A model generated the notes under the pieces. It worked only from the letters and a program-made list of their open reading frames with translations, was not told the DNA's origin and did not search any database. Below, in pieces: positions 54,462 to 64,000 of a stretch of DNA of 64,000 nt. The number at the start of each line of letters is the position of its first letter. The stretch's first letter is position 1. The stretch spans positions 30,690,001-30,754,000 of the forward strand of contig CM114271.1 in assembly GCA_050084515.1 (NCBI GenBank), read 5' to 3'. The stretch comes from Blasia pusilla. Taxonomy: Eukaryota. The position numbers and the translations under genes are program-made.

Positions 54462-56532
54462 TACCCCTTATGGAAAAACCTACAATGAATCCCTCTATTG
54501 CATATGAGTGAATAGAATCTTATCAATTTCATTTATGGTCATATAGAAAGAATGGAGAAGATATGTAATTAAAAGAGGAAGGGATTTGAGGAAACCCTCC
54601 TTATGTTTTGACACCGGTTCTCTAAGGGTCCTTTCAATGTTGACACCCGTCACTTTAAGAAAATGAGTTTAATTAATAAGAGAAAATTAAATGGAGAAGG
54701 GAAAGGAGGAATGGAGGCTTTTTAAATTTTGAAGATCACCCGTACATGGCATGGGCAACCCTCTAGTAGTTAACATTTGGGAAAATAATTATTCTATTGA
54801 AAAGAATGATAGATTCTTGCTTATCTTTCATGGCGATTGTTCAAAATTTTAAGAATATCTTATACATGCAATTAAAAAAATCTGCAAATTTTTTAACACT
54901 AAAATATATCTAATACAAAAAATTCCAATATGTCAAAAATAAATTCTAAGGATATTTAAGTGATATCAAAAGATATAATTTCTTTGCTTTAATAGAAGTA
55001 TAAAGTTAATTTATTGTGCATTTGGAATTATGGTTTATTTCCTTTTTCATTTAAATATTACAAATATTTGTATGAGAGTATCCAAGATTCCAAACCCTAT
55101 GGAGCAAGGTTATTCTTATTCATATCAAACTATTTTTTTAAAAAAATCTTATGAGGCCACTGAAAGAAGTAATAAGGGCACTGAATTAACCAATCGAAGA
55201 AACATTATGGGGAAACGATCACATATGAATTTCCTTTCAATTTTCAAATATACTTGTGAATTTGAAAATCAAAATTTATTTGGTTTGAAAGAGGAAGAAG
55301 TCATTTTTTGAATGATTACATCGAATGATAGTAATCATGAAGAGGTCCATATGTAATACATTCAAGCTTATGGAAAACAACTGTAGCTTCCAATTATAAA
55401 ACTAGCTTTAGGCAGGCTTTGAGCCATCCCAATAGTCCCCATTTCAATTTCATTAGTTCCCCAAATGATCTTGTAATTAGCTTTCTAGTAGTATGTTTCA
55501 AATATTGAAATAAGGAAATATCTATACTATTATTAACACTAGTATCATTAGCATTTAAGGAAAATAAAAGATATATGAGCTTAATATCTATAAATTGAAG
55601 AAAAAAGAACTTAGATCCATCTTGAATTTATATCTTTTAACTCAATAAACTCTATTTTATCTTTTTTTTCAACTAACCTTAGATTGAATTTTTCTATTTA
55701 TATTTTCCAAAAATGAAAATAGAAGGGTGGAGGTGGTGTACATAAGATGTTGGAAGAAGAAAGTAAAATGAATAAAGTATTAAAGGAAGAAAAGGAGATG
55801 CATGAATAAAATGAGGAAACAAAATTAGAGTGTTTTTTCAAAATGAGGGAAAAAAAACAAATTTATTGTGCATCACATTAACGTAATAACAAGTAAAAGA
55901 TGATATCCTTTAATAACTAGTATAGCATCCCTAAAGTCTTCATAGTTGGATATGGTTACGAACGATATTCGTAACTTTTTCTTACTTAAGATTATGGTTG
56001 CAAAAAAATTGGAAAAGTCGAACATGGACATACAAGTGTGTACATATTCACTGACATGGATTGCAAGAGGTGGGACCCATACTTATAGCTCGTGGCGGAA
56101 GGCAAGGCAGTGGTAGGCGGAGCAATAGGAGGGGAGGGAGCAGAGGTGGGCAAAGGAAGAAATGAGAAAGTGTGGAACATGGAGGCAAATGGGGGGGATG
56201 AGAAAGAAGGGGGAGGTGGGGCCTACATGGATATGGTTGCAGAAAAAAGGACATGGACGGAAAAGTTTGGACATGTCCACGAACATGGGTTATAAAAGTT
56301 GGGGCCCACATTTATAGTTTATGGTGGAAGGCAAGGCAAGAGTGGGCCGAGCCATAAGGGAGGAGGGAGTGGAGGTGGAAGAAAGAAGAAACGAGAAAGT
56401 GCGGATCATGAAGGCAAGTGGAGAGGATGAGAAAGAAGGGGGAGATGGAGCCCACATGGAAAAGTCCATCTATAGGACAGACGTAAGTCCACGAACATGG
56501 ACATGTCCTCCGACACGGACTTTGTCCATACG

Positions 56533-57331
56533 TTTCGCGACCCTCATGACCAAACGAGTGCCAAAGCGGAACATCGGAACATTAGCGGGCTCACGCTAAG
56601 ATGGTTTGCGCGTTGGAGTGGTCTCGAAGAAGAGACAAGAGACAAGACGCAAGCGAGGCTTCGCGTTTCAGATGTCATGGTCGCGATTGAGAAACCTGGA
56701 CCAAACGCAGAACAAGACTTGAAAGGAGTTGAGTCTAGGAAGTGGGTTGCCAAAGGAAGAATCCGGATTTGGAACGGCACTAGCGTTTGAGAGTTTCCGA
56801 CTGTATTGATGGCCATAACTTTTAGCGCCAAGATACGTTTGGATCGAACAAGGATGCGTTGGAAGACTTATGGAAAGACGCTTTAAACACACTAAAGATC
56901 TCTGCAAATGCATAAGCATCGGCTGAGAAAAAACCCGGAAACGACTGTAAGTAGAGTCGGGTTGAGGGCCACAACGAAGGGCCCGACCCTCCTTTTCCAA
57001 CGAGGGGGATTATTGGAGAACCCCATAAGTACTAGTAAGGGGGAAGGTCTCCGAGAGTGCTTGGAACTCGAACCCCACTTTGGGCACCGCGGGGCGGCTC
57101 AAGGGCATGGAACAGATCGAGAGTTTGGGGTTGGGTTGAATAACCTGAACCAAGTCTATGGAGGCGAGTTTAGACATCCCTCTTGGATTTCACCCCGCAA
57201 CTCAATTACTTGGTGACGCGACTAACTAAAGTGCGTGTTTGGATGCAAATCGGCGATGAGATCCTGTCCTACTGAACGTACGCTTTCCGCAACAATAAAG
57301 ATTGACGTTCAAGGAGAGTAAGGGAGCGACA
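56533..57331 (+). mobile_element. Solo LTR of the chromovirus family at 25461-29462, TSD ATACG
   Basis: Reverse-complement homolog of 25461-26478 (TtTCGCGACCCTCATGACC...GCGACA). ATACG at 56528-56532 and 57332-57336. Confidence 0.9.
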
Positions 57332-59862
57332 ATACGCAACCTTGCACATGGAGAAGTTTTTCCATACGACGGTCATAAGTCTATGGATATAGACTTTGCC
57401 TGCATGCAACCTTGCTTAAGATACAACTACAATATTTGATTTGGAATTAGAAAAAAATATTCAACATACATATGCTTTAGAACTATGGAGGTTACATGTC
57501 TTGTTATAAACAATTGTCTAATTAATAGATATATTTTTATAAGAAATCATATATGCACGATAAGACAAAATAGTGAGATAAGAAGACAAAATATTAACAA
57601 GAGTACATTTTTTCCTTTAATACACACTTGATATTTGGAAAGGGAAATTGAATTGGGATGGAAGAGGGAAATTATTCCATTAATTAAGATTAACTAATGA
57701 TTTAGTAAGTTGGTATTATTTTGGCGGGAGGAGTGGAATGGGAAGAGTATATACTAGTAATTTTTTGCCCATGCGATGCACTGGGTGACTCATGGTGTGA
57801 TGATTGAGAATGGAAAAACTCACATATGGAGCATGATAATGTGAAATTAGAGGACAGAAGACGAATAAAGTTTAATTTTTAAAAATATGACCAAAAACAA
57901 AAGATCAATTTTTTATAACACATTTAAGTTGACTCAAGAAAATTTTTCATATGTTTTCCTTTCTTAAATTTTGGAAAAATAATTTATCCCTTTTCCAATC
58001 CCCGTCTTTCAATAAATTAAAGAATATCACTTATTTTGATGAATTTTTTTCCCCAAAGAGGGATTAAAATTCTCCCCCAATCTAACTAGAAAGTCCTTTT
58101 TATTTCTTCCCAAAAGAGAAATTAACTTCCCTTCAAAACTAAACTTTAAACTTCATTTGCATGAACCTTGAAAAAATGATTTTAAATTTTCAAATGAGGA
58201 AAGATTGAAAAAATGAAAGAGACTCTAGAAGATTTGAAGGGGAAGATTTTTGAATTTGATTTAATTATAAATAAATAAAACCTTACCCATTCTTGTTTTT
58301 GTAGGGTAAAATGAAAAAATTCATGAATTTATGGACAAATTTGATAGGGGTCTTCAAAGTTTCTCAATTAGTAAAAAAATTCACTCATTTTGGTCCAAAG
58401 TTTTTCTCAAAATATTCTTAAAAAATATTTCATAATTAAATCTTGAAAAGGACATTAAATGACATATTTCTAAAGTAATATGTAATTTTTCCTCTAAACT
58501 TAACTCTAAATTTAAAAATCTAGTTTTTTTCCTAAATTTTGAAATAATAACTTTAATTTAGAAAATGAAAAAATAAACTGATAAGGAAAAAAATTGAAAA
58601 AAATTGGGATTAGATTTTTTAATTTTAGTATATCTTAAAAAAATTAAGAATCATTAAAAAACCTCTTTTCCGTTCAAATCTTAGCTTAGTATAGGGAAAA
58701 TTAAACAATACTTGAATATTTGACATGCTTCACACGTGGCGTTCACCGGGAGCTTCTTAGCGAGGGCTGACGCCCTTAATAATGTGATTATTTAAACTTT
58801 TATGGAGGGACGGAATTCCTTAAGAGATAGGTTATTACTTTAAATTTTAAGAAAATGGAAATTATATTTGAATTTTGATAGGAAAAAACCATTCCTAGAG
58901 AGCACAAAAAAATTTATTTTCATGCGTAAGGACGGCTATGCAAACTTGTATATATATATACATAAATATATTTATTTGCAGTGATTGTATCCTTATTAAA
59001 TCATGAGTAGTATGAATATGTAATTACACTATCATATTTAAGTCGATAGAGGTGGGAAGTTGAATCCTTCACAATAATATTTAGATTTTATATAAGACAA
59101 TAAATTTGATGGCAAGGAAATTTCTTGCCCAAAAAAGGTAGGAAATATTGCATTCAGAAGAAAATTGAATTTGGATGATTCATAAGAATATTCACAATGA
59201 GGAGATGCTTAAGGAGGGGAATGGAATATCCGTGAGACTTAAAAGAATATTGTGTTGCAAATTAGAGTTGCTCTATCATATTAATTGAATAAATATTCCA
59301 TAAAAAACTTTGTGACTATTTTGATGATCTCATGTGGTGATAACAATTAGTCACCAATAACATAAAGTTTGAACTACTATATTTTTGGTCTTACCTCTTG
59401 GAAGAAAAAACTACTCCAAATGAAGACGCAAGCGAAGAAAGCTTCTAAATATAAGTACTCTTCTATACTATATTATTAATTGCGTGAGTAAAGAATGGAT
59501 GAATTAGGATAAATAAGAATGAAATGTTTAAAATATGGGTAGATTATCTTCTATATATACTAATCCATAATCTTATGATATACATATGAGTGATGTATTA
59601 AATATTGTCAAGTTTACATAAGACGCATAACAGGAAGAGAATTGATAGAAGGATATAGTTCATAAATTTTAGACATAAAAGAATACTATCATGAAAAATT
59701 ATAATACTTTTAGAAAGCTATTTTATGAAGAAATAGAATACTCTTAAAACTTATCACATATATGTGTGGGAACTCTATAATTTCCATTTTCTTGTTATGG
59801 CATAAACTTCGCCACATGCCCTAGCTAGTTTTGGTTGGGAAAACCCTCTTCAACAATGTAGG

Positions 59863-61163
59863 TGTAATGTACAATGAGTAACAGAATTGATCTTTTTACA
59901 ATAATTTAATGAGTTCGATCCCCAAGAGGATCATTGTTTGGTGGAAAGAGAGATCAAAATTACAATTCTCTGGTAATAGTTGTATTCAAGTGGAATAATT
60001 TCGATTCAATGTTTTATCAATATCTTCGCATCTTTCTTAGTACCAAGGTTTCTTTTCTCAATTCTCTCTAGTGGAGTTGATAGCACATTCAGGTATATTT
60101 CCTCTCGATATCAAGAAACCTCACAGAGATCTCAACAAGGAAGTTGGCTTCTCCTACTATCGAAACTCAACCCGTCTCAGCAGGCTACTCTCTGTCAAAC
60201 AGATTTCCTAAAACTCCATGTTGATTATTCCATTGATGAGAAAGGTTCACCTGATTCACTCTTCACTCTGCAGACCCAAAAAAATACTCAGACATAAGCA
60301 TCGCACATCAGAATGAAGGAATGAGTGCTTTACTACTCCAACAAGAATGAGAAAGCTTCAAAGTGTTATACAAGCTCGAGAGGGTACTACTCCCTTGCTC
60401 GGACCATTCCTACAGCATGAGGATTTCGTAAGAGAATGATGATGATAGCTACTTGCATGTTTCTTAAATACTCTTTGAAGTAGGAGTGATCCAAAGATTT
60501 GAATCGTTCTTGATGAAGCTGGTGTCTCTTCAAAATTTGTAACTACCTAGATCTATGGTGCTCTCTTTTCCTAAGATTCCTATGAATGCGTAGAACAAAA
60601 CTGTCTAAACTACTTATCTGATACAAAGAGTTGCGCCTTTTCCTATTCTAACTGTTCTAATTGTGTGCCGTTTGAAATCATGGTCGATCTTAGCTTCGCT
60701 TTGCTGCTAAGTCTGGACCTCTTTTGCTTTGCTTGAGGACAAAGCTCTTACTCCTGATTTGAAGACGAAGCGCTTCATTCTTTGTTCTTGTTCTAGGGGC
60801 TTCGTTATTCGTGCTTCGTTCAAGAGCGTAGTACTTCTTTCTCTTCTTCTTCTTCTTCTTCATGCTTCGTTCAGGAGCGAAGCACTTCATACGCAAGTTC
60901 TTAACAGAGCTTCATTGTCTTTTCGAAGCTTCTTGCTGGGTCTTTAGACTTTGTTATTGTATTCTCCTCTCCTCTCAGGCAAATCCTTGATTTTCTATCT
61001 CTCTGCCTTGTCCTTGGAGCTTCGTGATTCACTTTAGTCTTACTCATTCTTCTCCATAATAATATATAATAATAATAATAATATCAAAATCATAGTGTAT
61101 ATACAAGTCTTCTTTGAATAAAAGGATGTAATTCTTCAAAAATACAAAATTATGGGTATCACA
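59863..61163. mobile_element. Probable solo LTR (~1.3 kb), TSD GTAGG
   Basis: TGTAAT...ATCACA termini with GTAGG directly on both sides (59858-59862 and 61164-61168); no convincing coding content. Confidence 0.7.
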
Positions 61164-62509
61164 GTAGGACATAGGGTCAACTTAGGGAGCCTCGACTCTA
61201 TTATGAATTTCAGGATTTAGCATGAGCTTTTGTGCTATGAGCACTCATGCTTTGTACGTGTTGACATGCTAGAATTTCAATGTTTCTAGATGACTAACAT
61301 TATAATTTAAAATAGAGACCTCCAACCACGGAATGTCTTAACTTCTACTCTACCAACTCATTTTCTAACTAAAATTTCAAAACGTTACTTACAAGCCCAC
61401 AAAAGTCAATTACAACAATATGGACTAGGTGGTGAGACCTAGAGAGGTTCCGAATTGAACTATGAATAGAATAAGTAATCCATACTCCCTCTTGCTAGTG
61501 CTCTTGAGTAGAACACTCAAAATTAACTTCTAAGATTCTTAGGAAACCTAGGAGTTTCTATTCTAATGTAGGCAATCTTATTGAAAGATTCAAAATCAAT
61601 CGAATCATTTTAAATATGAGGAGCTTCATATTTTAGGTATCAAGATTGAATGATTTGGTATAAATTCCCAAGATCTAGAAGTATTTATTGTTACACCATG
61701 TTGCATTGTAAGTATTTGAAAATGTTAAAATAAAATTTCATCATTAACCAGTATACGGCCCTCATTTTGGGGGTTTTTAATTAAATTGAACACAAAACTA
61801 GAATAAAGATACGAACAGAGTGGAGAAAGTAAAAAAATACTAGCACGGCATAAAGAGCAAAAGAAAATGAATTGGAATAGAGAGAGTAAACTAAAAAGAA
61901 TGACCAATTCCACATCAAGAATGGAGCAAGAAAACCGTACGGAGGGAGTGGATAGAGTAGACAAATAATAACATTGACTGGAGTGAATCCAAATATCTTT
62001 ATTAATTGTTCACGTCTCCATTCGCATCCTATCGTTGAGAAGTACCTACATAATAACTTGCATTCTAAAGCCTCTGGAGTATGAATCGCCTTAGCACCTA
62101 GATGTTACAAGAATATATGATAGTAGGAGAGAGAAAACTGATTAATTTGGACTAGCCGGGTAGGAAACAACAATTACAATAAGATTCTAGGGGTCGCCTT
62201 TATCCCTAGGAGTTCAGAGGTCCCATATTACCCGACCTAGTAGTAGGGGACGTAATTAGCATTTAATCTATGACTTAGGCTTAATCTCTCCATACAAAAA
62301 TTTTAATACTTATGAAGATATTTCCATTACTTATCTCTACCTACTCGTGGAATGAAGCTCACAAATATATAGTAAGATTGAAGACTATCATAGCTAGCTA
62401 GCATTAGAACCCTTGGAGGCATCTATGAAGAAACTACAATTCCTACAAGAACCACATTCTCACACATACACAACGCCTAAATGCAATCTAAAGAAATCAA
62501 ACTTATCTA

Positions 62510-62640
62510 TGATAGTTAGTGGCTTGGTGAAGATGTTAATCAATTACTGACACGTGTTCACATATGGAAATTCTCTTTCACCTACTAAAACCTTGTCTTC
62601 AATGAAATGATAATGTGTATTTTGATCCTTAAATGAATAC
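62510..62640 (-). pseudogene. Highly decayed Copia RNase H fragment
   Basis: Minus strand ...HYHFIEDKV...YVNTCQ*LINIFTKPL resembles the Copia RNase H C-terminus (HFIRE...Q.ADIFTKPL). Confidence 0.6.
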
Positions 62641-63079
62641 TAAAATTGGTTTCAAAATGAAAACTATGGATGTGATCTACAAATAGGGGAAAAAGAACTA
62701 CATATTATAAGCTTATATCTATTCAAAAGAATACTCAATCAAACTCATAATGATGTTGATATTGTTGCTCATGTGTATTTATTTTCTATTGATGATATTG
62801 CAATAGTCAATTATTTCTCCAAAGCCCTACCTTACCACATTACTTCCGATTCCAAACAAAAATTTGAAACTAGATCTTTAAGCAAGAGTGCTCCCTACCT
62901 AATGTAACTATTAAGAGCTGGATTCTAAATAATAAATATAAATTGAAATTTTAACTTCATATGTCATAGAATTCTTCTCATCGTATTAAGATTATTGATA
63001 TATTCAATAGCTAGAGATTTATCATGTAGATAATTACAATTATATTTAGACTTAGAGGTAAAAAAGTGATATGTAAAAG

Positions 63080-63480
63080 TTCAAGTACCTATGAGCACAT
63101 GGATCTCATAGCCTAGGAATTGAGGAAGGACGATGGTTTCATATTGATAGAAGTGAACGAATTTGTAGGTTATGTGACGGAGAAAATATTGAAGATGAAG
63201 AGCATGTGTTTGTTACATGTCCAAGGTATGAAGAAATTAGACTAGCTCATAAAATAGATGTGGAAAATTTCTATTCTTTAGTATAGCTAGTGCCTTATGA
63301 TTTAGGTTGTTATATTAGAGATGTCATTATTCATCGCTCAAGTGCTCTAGGCTGTAGTTAGGAGAAGATCTTTAGGATCTTTTTCTGGGTAAGTGAATGA
63401 ATGACTTGTAATGTGTTTTTCACCCTTTTGACCCTTTAGGTCCCACAGGCTTGATCTATTTACCATTTACCATATTATCA
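63080..63480 (+). mobile_element. 3' fragment of a LINE (non-LTR retrotransposon) ORF2 with C-terminal CCHC zinc finger
   Basis: ERICRLCDGENIEDEEHVFVTCPRYEEIR at ~63155-63241. Boundaries are approximate. Confidence 0.7.
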
Positions 63481-64000
63481 TCTAGGATAAGACAATAGGT
63501 CTTTGTATAGATTGTAGAGTCATGAGTGCTCTCTCATTCTCTTTGTGCAAATCCTTACTCTTATTTTTTATCCAAACCATCTCTCTACTTTGCATGAGAG
63601 TATAAGTCTTGGAGGGTTTGTAATGCCTGCATGATATCAAACCTTTAAAGAGTGTGAAGAATCCTTTGAATAGTGCTAGATTTCCAAGGATAGCAAGGGA
63701 AGGTTTTTGGAGAGGAGAATTTGACTCATTGAAGAAAATTATGCTTATGAAGCCAAAGCATTGTTTGAAGGCCAAGACTATCTTAAAAGACCAAAAACTT
63801 TGTGATCCATCAAAAATGTTCTCATTCATATATTCTATCTACTATGAAGATCTCATAGTTATTTTTATAAATTTTGGTGCCAAAATACACAACATCTAGG
63901 AATCAATAAGTTCTTTTTAAAAGAAAATTTTCATTTCAAAAAATTTGAAAGAATTTTCAAATTTTTGTAATATTTTGATATAAAAATAATTCAATAAAAT

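Overview
Eukaryotic, land-plant-type genomic DNA; the TE families and compact GT-AG introns suggest a bryophyte such as a liverwort (inference only). Most of the window is AT-rich, nested transposon debris: four decayed Ty3/Gypsy copies with integrase plus PHD finger or gag plus protease (1-14448), a CACTA remnant (5781-~10760), a chromodomain Gypsy element with a 5-bp TSD (25461-29462), a truncated Ty1/Copia element (33162-~36470), two solo LTRs, many short Helitrons and a LINE tail. GC-richer islands hold the host genes: an atypical cytoplasmic RLK/Pelle kinase, an 8-Cys LTP-extensin chimera, an intron-containing tRNA-Tyr, a U2 snRNA-like gene, and a ~9-exon branched-chain keto-acid dehydrogenase E1-alpha gene. 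The most notable signals are (1) a U2 snRNA variant whose near-invariant branch-point recognition sequence GUAGUA reads GUUGUA while U6 pairing, stem III and promoter/3'-box-like elements are kept, followed by a second structured RNA-like segment; (2) a DNMT3-like methyltransferase fragment inside a PHD-integrase Gypsy element; (3) a split-repeat (B...R-B-R) terminal architecture in those elements; and (4) two near-perfect hairpins with 3-bp flanking repeats in putative introns of the kinase locus. All calls were made by eye; no searches or folding programs were run.
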